Source: Ruditapes philippinarum (lineage: Eukaryota). From it: 64,000 nucleotides of DNA. The notes under the pieces are model-generated. The model was not told where the DNA came from. It did no database searches and saw only the letters and a list, made by a program, of their open reading frames with translations. Where the stretch lies: assembly GCF_026571515.1 (NCBI RefSeq), contig NW_026857023.1:1-64000 (forward strand). The letters run 5' to 3'. Positions 36,901 through 51,900 of the stretch are shown here, piece after piece (position 1 is the stretch's first letter; every line of letters starts with the position of its first letter). A program made the translations under genes and the position numbers.

Positions 36901-39900
36901 ATAATACTTGAAATTTAAAAAATGATCCATCTGCTATAAATTACAAGTATGATAAACTATGTCATGAGTTCTTTCATTTGGAATCAGTTGCAGTTGGTAT
37001 AAACTGGCAAGTAATTTAACTTGTCTAGAAATCAAGGTATGTGCAGTTTATTTTTACAGTTATTTTTGAAACAGACTACAAAAGAAAGGTCATATTGAAA
37101 CACACTTTAAAACTACAATCACAATGAAACATTAAAAGTAACAAAATTGAAAAAGTAACAAAATTGAAAAAGTAACAAAATTGAAAAAGGAACAAAACTT
37201 TGAAAGTTCCAAGATTTGACCTGTTTAATTTCCTTTTTAAAAATTTCATGATTGCATTGCGTGACCCTGACACTCACCAGCTGTGTTAGTCTTTGTGCCT
37301 AAAAATAACCAGTTGCTATGACTACCTATATGTCAATGGTCAAGGAATGAGTTGGTACACAGTAAAATATGGCAAATGGCTACCATCATTATACAAAAAG
37401 TTGTAAAATGGAGAAACATGACATGTGCTCATGATAATTTGTTTTAATGACAACAAATATGTATATGTATTTTATTTGCCTTTTCCGTGTAAATTTTCAA
37501 GCTCAAGTGGTTACAACAGCACTCATAAAGCTACCTGGATCTCTTACTCACATTACAGAATTAAACATTCCTGGTGGGCTTCAGGCCCAGTCATCAGTGA
37601 AAAGCAAATGATTTGTAACCATCAAACTAAACCACTCAGCCACAGATGATCACATGTACTCATTAAATGATTATTTCTAAGTTAAGAAAAATCTTTTGTA
37701 TTTCATTTATATTTTCCAACTCATTCCATGACTCCATTTTTTCTTGATCTAATTCTATAATGATAAATATAAATAATATTTGTTATAACAGAGAAAGAAT
37801 TTTAAAGGACAGAGGAACTTCAGTTTTCAGAAGTCCTATGGAGATATCCAGATGACACAAGCAGAAAAATATCTTCATATCACTTAAACAAAATATTATA
37901 TCAACCTTAATCTGCATCTTATTTTAAATTTAGATACAACCCTTAAAAGAGCTTTATAATCCCCATCCCCCAAGCTAGACACCAAAATCTTCATTAAGTA
38001 ATTACAATCATTTTGACAAGAATACTGCATACTATTTATGATAAGAAAATGTGATAAATTTATTTTTTTAACACATAAGTAGCCTTACATCTTGCCATAC
38101 TATCAGTTGTATAAACACAATTTTCAAAGATAAACTTACATTGCTCTTAAAATAAAATATTATTCTAGGATTTAATCAAGGCATTTTTGAAATTTAATCA
38201 TTACTTTCTTTTTCAATTTTGTATGGTTCAACTTTAACATGTAAGATTGTATAGTAACCTTCAAGCTTTACTAATTTAGGATGACCCAATGCACTACTTT
38301 GGTGGCACAACTGCAACCTTCAGTCCCTTTTTTAGCTTGATTTAATTTCACACCAACACAATAGAGGTCATACTGCACCTTTCAAGCTTTACTGCTGGAG
38401 GAAGACCTCAAATGATTCAACGCACATTATTTCAGGCTAAAATGTGCACCTGAGTAGAACAACCAATGTTCAGTAAGCTAGCTGGATAGCTTTCTCACAA
38501 AAAGAATCGAAGACGCTGTCACAGCTTGAACCTACTTTGGTACCTTCTAAGTACATTTTCAAACTTTAACATCTTAATGTGAGACATCCAATAAACCTCT
38601 AATCAATTATTATACCCCAACATCTATAAGTCGCAAAAGTTGAAACTTTTATAAAGAAGAGAAGGTAAACCTGTCTAGCAAACAAAATAGTCGTTCTAGC
38701 CTCTTTTATCTATGAAAACAATATCCATAGAGATGCAGTTAAAAGAATATTCTATTCAAATAGTAAAAGTTAAAACTTTTTTCTATCTAATAGTTAAAGT
38801 CAAGTCAAAGTATTTTACTATTCTAATGGTAAAAGTTATAACTTTTTTCTATCTAATAGTAAAAGTCAAAGCTTTTTTATTACTCTAATAGTAAAAGTTA
38901 AAACTTTTTTTATTCAAATAAAATAACTTTCACTCTCCTCAAATTACAGACATGTCCCTTCATTTGTTTCTCCATATTTAAACCAATAGCTTTAAGTGTT
39001 GAAATTTACTTATTCTTCTTTTCAAATTAAACAATCATCTCGGCAGAAATCAAGAAAAGAAACCTGCATCAAAATGAAATCAATCATCTTAAGGATGAAA
39101 GGACTTGTTACTGCTTAATACAACAGATGAAATGACTTGTTTCTGCTTAATACAACATTTTTAAAAAAGAATATCAAGGAGTAGTAACTATTAGGTACAC
39201 ATTACACTAAATTTGTACTCACTGACTAACTTCCTGAAGAGCTCCCTCATAAGTTCTGGTTTATCAAAACTGGTCCTTAATTGGGCCAACACCTCTTTGT
39301 TTGCAACCACAAGTTTCTAAAATAAACATTTCAATGAGTCAACAAACACTCAATGTTTTACAATGAGTTTCATCACATATTACAATATCTATGATTTTGC
39401 CAGTCATGTCATATTGGTTTCTCAGTCACTGTGTAAGCAGGCTTTGTTTAAATTGGGTTTCTCAGCCACTGTGTGAGCAGGCTTTGTATAAATTGGGTTT
39501 CTCAGCCACTGTGTAAGCAGGCTTTGTTTAAATTGGGTTTCTCAGCCACTGCGTAAGCAGGCTTTGTTTAAATTGGGTTTCTCAGCCACTGTGTAAGCAG
39601 GCTTTGTTTAAATTGGGTTTCTCAGCCACTGTGTGAGCAGGCTTTGTTTAAATTGGGTTTCTCAGCCACTGCGTAAGCAGGCTTTGTTTAAATTGGGTTT
39701 CTCAGCCACTGTGTGAGCAGACTTTGTTTAAATTGGGTTTCTCAGCCACTGGGTAAGCAGGCTTTGTTTAAATTGGGTTTCTCAGCCACTGTGTAAGCAG
39801 GCTTTGTTTAAATTGGGTTTCTCAGCCACTGCGTAAGCAGGCTTTGTTTAAATTGGGTTTCTCAGCCACTGCGTAAGCAGGCTTTGTTTAAATTGGGTTT

Positions 39901-42900
39901 CTCAGCCACTGCGTAAGCAGGCTTTGTTTAAATTGGGTTTCTCAGCCACTGCGTAAGCAGGCTTTGTTTAAATTGGGTTTCTCAGCCACTGTGTAAGCAG
40001 GCTTTGTTTAAATTGGGTTTCTCAGCCACTGTGTAAGCAGGCTTTGTTTAAATTGGGTTTCTCAGCCACTGCGTAAGCAGGCTTTGTTTAAATTGGGTTT
40101 CTCAGCCACTGTGTAAGCAGGCTTTGTTTAAATTGGGTTTCTCAGCCACTGTGTGAGCAGGCTTTGTTTAAATAGTTTCTTTTTCAATAGAAAAAGTCTA
40201 ACAGATTTACTTGTAAAAGCTTAAAACTCTGCTGCGAATTGCAGGGCAGGCCGATTCTAAACATATCCATTATATTCTCATCTTTACTTTTTAAGCAGAA
40301 CTTTACATGCGGTCCTCAAATTATAACAATATCCTGCCAATATTCGCTACAAAACAGGTGCTCTCTTTCTTTTTTCATCTTACGAAAATCAAGTATTTTA
40401 AGATAAAATCACTCCCAATTTTCAAGAATTGAATGCTGTTTCACAATTAAACCTATAATAACAGACAAAATGACCTAACTTTATAACAATGTCAAATTAT
40501 GGACAAAATGAAGTTACCTTTAACTCATCGACTTGGTTAGCAACATGAAACATGAGTTTCTCTCCCATATACTTCATACCATATGGACCAATAAGCTCGG
40601 CAAGGGCTTTCAACTCTGCAAAAATAAATAAACCCACTAAAAATTGCTCATTCAACACACATCAACAGTAAATGTCACATCTTCATAATTCTCACGCAAC
40701 ACATATGAAATATCTGATCTTTTTACCCCCATAATCTAAAGATTGAGAACATAATTCCTGCTAATCTTTCAATTTTTTTTTATGTGTTTCCGATGAGATT
40801 TTAATGTGTGGGTAAACATCATGAGCACAATGTGGTAATAATTTTGGAGGTCTCAGCGTTTTCAATTGTCAACTTGAGCGAAGTAACACAAGATTTTAAG
40901 AAAAGTTAAAAGATTCATGATTCAAGTAATTATTTACATTATATACGCAATTAATAAATAATTTTCCAGGTTTTGTTTCACCATATTTCTTCTGCAACTA
41001 TCTCAATAAGGGCTATTTTTGCGTATTTTGACCTCTTTTTAGTAATTTACATTGATTATATATTATTTGCAATGTGTAAATTACTATTTTGTTCACTTCA
41101 CACATTTTATTTTCTACTTTTAAATACATTTTCATAATTGTCATGAAAATTGGCATGAATCTGGAAATGAGCAGCTTTAACAAACCTGACAGATCAGCAT
41201 ATTCCTCTGCTGCAAAAGGAATCTGTTGTCCATCCTGTGACAAACTAACAAATGCCTTCTGACTTGGTGAGTACACTATCTGACCAGTATTACATGTCAC
41301 ACGGCGTAGGAACACCTCTAGGTACCTGAAACATTAAATCATTTGAAAACAATCAGTTTTAAATTTCATCAAAACCAGCAACCCCCCCTCCCACACACAC
41401 ACACACAAACACTAGATCGACTTTTTTCTGCTTACCTGTTTCAATCTTTTTTGACAGGCATTGTAAAAAGAAGTCAAAATAAATCCATAGCACTTTTAAA
41501 TTAAATTAAGAAAAATCTTAGAATATAAATGGATATTAATGAAACACAAATGTAATCTTGAAATAAATATCTCCAGTCCATGATTGATGGATATGTGTAA
41601 ACTAGAATGTTTCACTGAGCACCATGCAAGATTCTAACTAATATTTGCAACATGTATTCTCACCTATCATAGTATGCAAATGGATAACATTAAATTAAAA
41701 CTGACTTATCTACTTTAATTAATCACCTCTGTCTTAAACAAATTTCAAGATGTCTTAATAATATACTATTAACTGAGCAAATTACTGTATTTTCCAATAA
41801 AACTGCTATTCTACTATTCGGTTTCATCAGTACTTAAACAATACCAATGTGAATTGAAAAAATGCCAAATAAATCAAATTTTAAATATATATCAAAATAA
41901 TAATAACAAGGAATTCATAATTTTTACTCATTTCTACTTCACAAATGCAATTTTACTATGCAAACTAGCTTACCAGTTAGTATAGTTGGCAGTAATGGTT
42001 TTCTCTCCGCTAAAACTGTCCAATGGCTGCGTCTGCTGTGGAAGTACATTGTTGAACACACGGGCAATGTCAATATGAACTGAAAGTTAAAGTCACAATA
42101 TTCTACTATTCCTTCAATAATATCTGGCCTACTATCAAACCTAAGCTTGGTGTAATCTTGTCAGGAATATTTAATAAATTATCACATACCATGCCTTTTT
42201 TTAAAAGAAATTAAACATTTTCTTTTTTCACACATTGTTTGGGTCATAAGTCAAATTTACAGCTGCTTCTTTTTTTCTGTCAAATGCCTTTCAGCCTACA
42301 AGTCACACCAGATGATTGCTGGTTTTCTCACCAGTAATTGGACAAGTAGGGATTAAGGAAGCCAAAAGACAATCCCATCTTTCAATAGATTGGCCTCCAG
42401 AGTAAGTATGGTGTCCTAACCCTACACCTTTCTTCTTTTTTAGTGGTAAAGGAAGATCTAAAAAATCTTTTTTTGTAAACTAATTCTGGAAAAAGCTAGG
42501 ACATGAGTAAAACTACTGACCTTCCTTGTCCTAGTAGGATGGATTCCTCAAAAACAAAGAAAGAATATGATTATGGACCTTGCTAAACTAAAGATCAATT
42601 TTTAAGCTACATGTGTAACTATGTTGTCATAGCCAATGTTGTATTAATATAAACTATATTGTATTATATATCACATACCATAGTTTTCAATAGACTGTAG
42701 AACACTCATAATAGCTTTCACACTACACAGAAGTTCTGATGGTTTTGCAATCTCGTTGGTCTCTGGGTTATACATCATCATTCCAACAAGTGCTCTGAAA
42801 TTATAGTTAGTGTACTGTTATAGTCTGTTTCATTTTCCTTTCACTATAAAAATAATTATATTCAATGCTATGGTCTGTTTCATAATTCTACTCTAAGATA

Positions 42901-45900
42901 GTATCGATAATTTAAAATACTACACATAGTATTTTTCAAATTCCTATCAATGATTTTATAGGTAATACAAAAAACTACAGTCTGTTTCAAAATAAAAATC
43001 TTTGCACAGACCCCGATGTGGAACTTTAAAAAGAAAAGTCTTAGCCAAATTTGAAATGAAGCTGAAAAACAATTGTGAACTACACAATGACATGATGACG
43101 ATATTAATTTACTTAAATCTAAATTATTTCTAAGTAGTATTATAAATTGAGTCTAAAAACATGATAGCAAAAAGACTGACACTTTAAGTGTTCAATGAAT
43201 GTACACTAACTTATTTAGTATAGTTAATTTATTCTAGCCTGCTTTCCTGGAACCAACAAGTACCGGTATTATACAAGGCAACATGGTCATGACCTAAGTA
43301 AGGTTTGAACCTACAATCCCTGGGTATTGAGGCAGACACGGTCAACCTAATCATAAAATGACTTCCCTTATTTCATCTACAGCATACAAAATAGATCATT
43401 GTAGATCTAATCTGATACAGTCAAACTCATTTCTTTTACACTAATTCTGTTTAGTTATGAATACTACAAAACACTGGGATAACTGTGTTGTAAAATTTTC
43501 AAAACTCACACATTAAAAACACTAGGCAATTACGACGCTGACAAAACAAACAAATCTACCTGACAATTATAATATTCAAATAAACTTGATACACTGAAAA
43601 TGAAAAAAAAACATCATCTTTTAGCACTAATCAAACAAAATTTGACACTGTTTCACTCTAACTAGGGCATCAGCCTAGTTCTATAAACAAACAACTTAAT
43701 CTGAAATAAAACATGCTTGCTACCTTATTAATAGGGAAAAGAACAATATTGACATAATTTTTGGTTAAAACTTTCATGCCTATACTAATAATGCATATAT
43801 GTCAAAGTTTTGTGCCATACATGTATCAGCAGTGTAAAAATCTAACTTGGATATATACTGTATTATGAAAGAATATATATACTTCACTCCAAAAGTTTTA
43901 GAAAATTTTTTCAAGCATATTTGTATCTTTAGCATTCTAATCATAGCAATTTTAATGTCTGACAAATATGAAATAGATTGTTATTTTATTGTTTCCTGGC
44001 CACGCATTCTAAACAAATACTTGAACGCATTCATATGGTTATTTGAGTAGTAATTCCTCAGGTGCCGCTTCATGATTTATTTTAGACACAAACACTTAAG
44101 AATAATCTATAGGCAAAATGAAAACCTTAATGTCATAAAAGAAACCGATTTAAAACTTACGTGAGTGAGGGTAATCTATTGAGTGGATTGACCTATTCAG
44201 GAAATCACAAAAATTAGTGCTCCATGAATAATAATGATTTTGCAGATGAACTGTATGTATTCTAGTGGCAGTATTAATATTGCCATCAGCTTATTTGCTT
44301 AATAATAATAATAATAGTATTTTGATCACTCTACAACAAAAAGTTTAAAATTCCAGCAAGACACTCAATATGTGACGAGAGAGGAATTATGCCTGCCAAT
44401 CAATGTTTAATCAAACTTTTGGAGTGATGTATATGTAATAGGTGAGTGGTTATTTAATATCTATAACATTTTCCATGCCTTGACAGACAATTTGTGAATA
44501 ATTTATATATATACAGAAATGTCGTAACTTTTCATGACTATTGGTACAGTCAATTCAAAGTCAATACAAGTAATAGACTGGTTACGCTGCTCTTGTCATT
44601 TATATATGCAAATCGCAAAGTGAAATCCAGAAGCAGAAAAAGCATTTTATACATAAGTTACTATAGCAAATATACAATATATTTGACCCTATAGACCTGT
44701 GGAAAAAAATCTTTTAAAATACATAAACACGATACATGTTAGACTTTGGCTGAATCATAATCCTTAACCATTCACTTTCTATTGTCCTTTGCCACCAGTA
44801 TAGAGCCAGAATTTGACCAGGCCTCAAGGTTATAAAACTTCCTACCCCCCATCTAAGTTCAGTCTAAAATCTAAGGATTTTCATTAGTCAGTGTACATTC
44901 TGTAGCAGTTACTGACCAATCAAATACCTGAGATCTGAGTTTGAGCTAAGAGAATTTCTTTATAACCTTAAGTCCAGGTTCTAGTATACTGATTGTAAGT
45001 TTTATTTTGTATTTTGATATTGAAATCACTTAAAAGAAGCAGGACAAATAAACTACACATATTCAGCTGGGTCAAAGGTTAAAGAAGCTTCATCGAGGTT
45101 CAACTGTTTAAAAACCTAAAATTTGAATAGCTTACACAGCTCAACTGGGTTTTTTAATTCAGAAAGATACGCAAAAGATAATGACTTAAACTTAGCTGAA
45201 CAAATTAAGTTTTAAACACTTTTCATTTTTTTTAGGCCAATTTGCTCAACTAAAATTATTATTCTTGAAAAACTGAGAAATTGAATGATCTGAAATTTTG
45301 TTTCAAGTTGTTTGTCATCACCTATCAAACAATATAAAAATCTTTAAAAAAGGTCCTGTCATGTTGAAAAACCTCAGAGGAGTGCCTTTAATATAACAGT
45401 TGAATAATGTATGTATGTTGTAGAATTTACAGACAAGTCAAAGCTTCTTTTTTAAAACCATTTAAATACAACAATTTGGCTTAACAAATCTTACATTTTC
45501 TTGAAGCATACAATTATTAAAAAGCTGATTTTAATCAGATTATAATGTGTACAAATTTAAATGAAAATTTATGAAGTTTCCCAGGGTTTAATTTCAATTT
45601 CTATTCCTTGTAGCCAAAATGACCATCTGTGATAAAATTTAACATAGTAAATATAACAGATCCTGAATATTTAATGTGTGTCTCTCTCTCTTTGTATACT
45701 GTGGCCTTATGCCCATCAAATTTGTATGAATTTAGCCTTAATTGTTTCATTCTTCATACCAGATCTTTGTTGGCATTTCTGTGTGACCAAAGCTCAGATG
45801 ATAGGGAATTCATTGATGTACTCAACAATTTATCAGTAAAACATTCTTTTTTTTGTTGGGTTTTACATTGTACCAACATCATGAAGATCATATGGTGACT

Positions 45901-48900
45901 TCCCATATGAAGACCTCACAACTTTGTGCATTATTTAAGGCACAAATGGGCATCTGAGTAGAACCACCAACACTCTGTAAGCTAGCTAGATATAAAACAG
46001 TTGTTTCATAAAAACATTTAACTTAACTCATATATATAACAGTCTAAATATTTCAGTTCTGTAAATAACCTTTTCTTGTGTAAGAAAATAAGATCCTTAA
46101 AGGCACATTTTGTCTATATTATTTTCTTGTTGGTGTTAATAGCTCCTTAATTGCACATTATTTTCTTCTATTTTCTGTATTTGTGAAATTAGCAAAATAA
46201 CACATCTGGCAAAATTACAAAATCTTTCACATGTAAATGAAGGACTGTGGGATGTAGTGACTTGGGATTCTAATATGTCTGCTATAATTAAATGTACACT
46301 AACTATGGACCTAGTTTCTTAATTTAATACCAGCATTGTTTCCAATATTCATCAAAACTTGCAACAATGCTCGTAAAAAAAATATCTCTTTGTTTAAAAA
46401 TTGAGTGGAAAAGTAATATTTTACATCAACACCAGTATCAATGGAACAATACTATATCTGACCAATTTCCTGTTACATGGTCTCACTTCTCCAATAAGTT
46501 CACTTAAATTAGAGGAAAGAAATTCTGAATTATGTCTCTCAAATTAAATTGTGATTGTATATAAAATCCAGGATAAAACCTAAAAAAAAATCAGGCACAT
46601 AGACTATGGACTCTAATCCAGGCTTCAAACATGGTGGATGTGAAAAAATGCAAGTTATTGTAAGTTTCAGACAAAGCTTTTTTCTGTCTTATATTTACCA
46701 AAAACACAATTTTGTGACCTCCCATGTGTTTTTATTTGTTAATGGGTCATAATGCAAAGCTTGTATGAAGTCTTTATAGTATTACTGGAGAAAGATTAAA
46801 TCCCGAGCTTTTTCTCTGAATTATTTCAAGCACAAGTGGACATCTGAGTAGAAAAACTGACTTTTGATTGATTAATTACCTGAATAGAAGCCCAGCACAA
46901 TTCAACAACAATGATTGGAGGTCAGTAACAATAATGAAGTGGTCACAGAGCCCAACCCTAATTCCACGTTTACACTAATGAAAGATCTCATAATTTTGTC
47001 AGATTGGGCGATATATAAAACATGAAAATACAATCTAAAAGGTAAAACTGAAGAAACATCATGCAATTTAAGGTAAATTTCTAGATTTCTATATGACCAG
47101 GCATTTATACATACTTGTCCTTAAACACATCTCTGAATGTGTACATTCTTAAAACAAAACATATGTATATCAGAATGATCATCAAAATATATAAAATATA
47201 TATATTTTAGCACATATCGTCCCTTGCTTTAAATGTAATCTATGCAGTTTATCTTTCTTTTTATTATAAATGTATAACATAAAACTTCATGACGCCATCA
47301 ACCCTATGTGTTAAGAAGCCCAGGGCACAAACAAAATTCTGTCACAACTTCAAACAGTATAAATATTTCTAGCACAACTCCAAATGTTATAATATTCTAC
47401 CACAAAATTTCAAACAGTCTGTAGCTGCCTAATTTATAAATAAAATCAGTGGATATAGCATTATAAGCATGGGGTAAGCTTGTTAATTCGTGACCACTGT
47501 TATGAACTTACTTGTTGAAACGTGTCTCTAGTTGCTGATGGAAGAACTCACGTGGGACAAAGCCGTGTTCCCATACCTGGATCACGGAACTGTGGTTGAT
47601 AGCGTAACATAGCTCTGTGAGGGCCATGTGTAACTTATCCATCCTTAAATATGCAAAGAAACATATACTAAATATATTGTTACTATAATATACAAGTGTA
47701 TTGACTATGATATGAAGATTTGTTTGACTGTGATGAAAAACTAGTAAGTATGGCTTGTGATAGTTTAATAGTTTGATTGTCAAAATTGAAAAGGACAGAG
47801 GTTTTGTTTTCTTCACAAATACAGATGAACTATACTCAAGCAACTCTTTTAACAAACATAGTTGCTAACTTGGATGTTAAATCTCCTTTTTCTTTTGGTG
47901 GGTCTTCAATTTCTTTTTTTAATCTAGTAATATGTGGTGACACTTTTGTGTCTGTCTTGACAGAACATAAATAGCTTTCCTAGATAACCAGTAAACGAGT
48001 AATTAACAATTTCCTACAATGGGCTAACTCAGTAACTGCTAGTCCCACAAAGAAATATTCAATCAAACAAGTGAAAACTTGAATACAAATCTGATGTTCT
48101 CTCTATTGAACTAGGTGGTGCACTAATTCAAGTCATCAACAAAACAATTTGTAAAAGAGTCATTATAAATACATTTATCCAAGTTAACAGTCGGCCTTCA
48201 TGGTTCCATTTACAGACAAAACTCTCATCATTTGTATGCAATTTACCAAATCAGTCTTCTTTTCTTCATGCACATTAATAAACATATAAATTTCTAATAA
48301 TTTTCGGAAAAAGATATCTACATACACTGCATGTACTTAAAATTTTGCACATTTACCTTGTGAAATTTTCTCTGTTTTTCCGTGCACTTTCTTGACCAGG
48401 TTTCTCTGGTTCTTTATCCTTGTCTTTGTCTTTCTTCTTCTCTTTTCCTGGCTTCTTCTTCTGACTCAACTGTACACTATGCTTTGGTAATAGCTATATA
48501 AAACAGAAAAGTTTGTATTGATTTTAATGGGTTTTAACTCATACAGACAACAAAAAGGTCATATTGGTGACATTTCAACATCATTGGCAAGGGGTGGACC
48601 ACTGGTACCTCTTCATGCAATAATTTCAGGCATAGGCTGGACCACAAGTAGGACCATCAATAAAGGAGGATGTAATGCTTCTACATATGAACAAGTCCAA
48701 AATCCCTTGTAGGGACAAATAATTTAAAGTTAGTGACATAGCAAATGTCTTAAGTTAACAATTTTCATACAATTTTGAATAAACCTTCTGTTTAACATTA
48801 ATGTTTGATTTCCTACCCAATAAATCTATTTTTAGACCTTCCTTGAGTATGTTGTGCTACAGCGAGCTAAAATTTGAGCTACCAATAATATAGATCCAGG

Positions 48901-51900
48901 TCAAACTGCAGGAATGAACAAGTTGACATGGCCTCTATATTAGTGATAAAAGATATAATACATTTCTATTTCCAGCAGATTTCTGGCTAGATTAAATTGG
49001 ATTAAATAAACTTATAAATCACTGACCTTGTAATTAAGAAGACACTGTTCCTCACAGATTGCTGTTATCACCTGGTTCACCTCATCAGCCATGTCTTTAA
49101 GGAACCAGTGAGCATACTGAACACTTGTAGTACCAATAGAATGCCTCTGACATAAACAATTGTAGACATCATTTTAAATATGTGGAAATAAGTTTCCTCA
49201 AGACTTCAACAGTATTTTACTAGTAAAATGTTAAAAATCTTCCATACTCTAGCTAAAGAATTTCTTAACATAAAAATTTCTTTTGCTCATTACCAGGAAA
49301 AAACATAAAATTTAAACTGAAACTTGGCACTGATATATAGTGAAGATCTAGCCAATTTCAACCTTTCAAACTATTGTTTTAGTGGTGCAGTTCCATATAA
49401 CTGTTATGCTCAAAGCTTACAATTAGTTTATATTAATTTATTTTAGTTTGATTGTGTTAGAACTTATAAGCTTCTTGAACACTCTTGAATCTGTTCCTGC
49501 AACCAACCAGTACTAAGCAATGAGTGTAATGTTTCTTGCTCACGGAAACAATGGATTTGTCTCTGATGGGGCTCAAACCCATGCTGCCAGCAATCCTTAG
49601 ATTACTAGTCTGATGCATAAACCACACAGCCACACTGCCACTCATTTATGATAGGTCACTGTGAAAAAAAAACAACCCATGTGTTAACTTACATGTTGTG
49701 TACTAAATCAACATGATTCTCATGACTTTGACTAAGGAAGACCTGTGCTGCATAAAGTCTTGTTTTAAAGCCATGAAACTAATCACATATCTTTTTATAT
49801 AGGAAGTAAAATATGTATTATTGTTACCTCTTCAGGACAGAGAGAATGTGTAGCATTCATGAAATGTCCACAGATCATTGGGAACACAATACAGTATCTG
49901 TGCTGAGCCGGGAATTCCATACACTGTTTAAACTGGTGCTCAAATATTGTGGTGTAAAAACTGAAAAAAATTAATATAAAAAAAACATTAATTGCAAAAA
50001 CCATTTCTAATTCATAATGGGGTTAATGGCAGGCCAATGGAACTAGTACAGCCAGGCAAGTCAGCATCCATACATATACTGGCCTGACTATAATTCTTAT
50101 GGCCGCTCAAATAAGTAATGTTCATATAGAGTCAAAGCCTTTTGCCACCAGTATAGAAAAAGGCTAGCTGTCGCTTTAATGCAATCCAAGTAGGCTGTAT
50201 ACTGTTGGCCCACCAACTTTCTGATTTTCATTTTGACATCCCCAAAATTGTTAAAGGACAGTTCCAACAGTAGGGGCTGAATATGTTCATCCAAGAAATT
50301 CTGTGGGGTTGGGAGGAAAAAATAATCTGTAAAACTATCATAACTGGATCAATTTAAACTGATATGTTACTGCAGAGTTATTTTGAATGGTAGATATGAT
50401 AAAATAATTTCCACAAAATAAGAAGTTGCTATCAAAGATAATAAAATTTGAAATACTGACCAGTATATGGAGAGGTCTGAAGCTTCATTAAGGACTTCAT
50501 CCAGGTAGTCAACCATCTTTGTGTGAAATACTATAGTATTTAAATGTTTGGCAAGGTCATGATGGTCCTTTAATATCAATCCAGCTTTACTCACACTTGT
50601 ATATGCCTATAATTAACAAAATGAATGCATATATTACAATGAACTGTGTCTCTTTAGTACAGGTCTCTTCCACATCAGAATCATATGAATAAAAATGAAA
50701 ATAGTAATAACACAATAGCTGTCATTAGGAACAACACGCTCCACTATTCTCAGTGTAGGATAGTAAAATAAGAGCAAAAAAGTTCAAAAAGGGCCATTAT
50801 TCTGTCAAAATCCATGTTAGAGTTATGGGTCTTGGATAGTGACCTTCTATTATACTCTCAGATGTGTGACGTTTCATCCAATTCTCTTAGGCAATTTTTG
50901 AGATAGCACAAAAAACTTAACTGAAGTGTGACAGCAGTGACAAGACCAAGGTGAGGGCATTAAAGATTAATACTTAACTATTTAAAAACAATATAAATTT
51001 TTTTATTAACAGATTAAGAAATGGAAATTTGGCACTTGTAAAGTTAATGATAATGGAAATTTGGAAAACAATTACCTGGAGTCTAAACCAATCCAACCTT
51101 AGACCTCTAAAATCAAACATTTCATTGTCTTCAACTGGAAAAAAAAGGTTTTTACAAATACATGCTATAATTTAAGATATGAAAATAATCTTACATTATC
51201 ATGAAGATAGGCACATACACAAAATAATAAGAACTGTTAAAAGTAGAGATAATCATATTTTTTTTATTTACACACCTATAATGTATGGTTAATATTAATC
51301 ATGCATTTACACTATGTTTGTACAACACAAATGACATCACATGAAACTACATGCACAGTAATGCATTAGCATTTTTACAGAGTTGCAGAAGCTGACTGGT
51401 ATGTGATGAACAATTTTATCATTATCTATGTGGAGAAAATGTCAATTACTTGCTTGCTAACAAGAAGCAGCTTAGGGGTTTTTAATGAAAACAAAACAAA
51501 CTTATAAACTGGTAAAACCAATACAAGTTTGTATGAAAGAAACACTGTTACAATCAGGAAACACTGTTACAATCAGTTGGCCGAGACAAACTGTTTGACA
51601 TAGGTAGCATTAAAGACAATGTGTACTTGTTTAGTTTATACAAATTTATTTTAGTTTTATTGTGTTGGAAGCTGTAAGCTTATTGAAACACTCTAAAATC
51701 CGTTCCTGGAACCAACCAGTACTAAGCAATGAATTTCTTGCTCAAGGAAACCCACATAGCCAGCAATCCTCAGATTAATAGTCCTTCATGTTAACCAACA
51801 GGCCATGCCACCACATATTTGTTTAACAGGACATTATAATAGGAAATGTTACCTTGTTTGACAGTGAGAGCTGCTATAGATGTAGATATTGATGATAAAA

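Noticed and set aside
39411-40172. CRISPR-like regular array
   Set aside because: Pure tandem 40-mers with no unique spacers, no cas genes, eukaryotic intron
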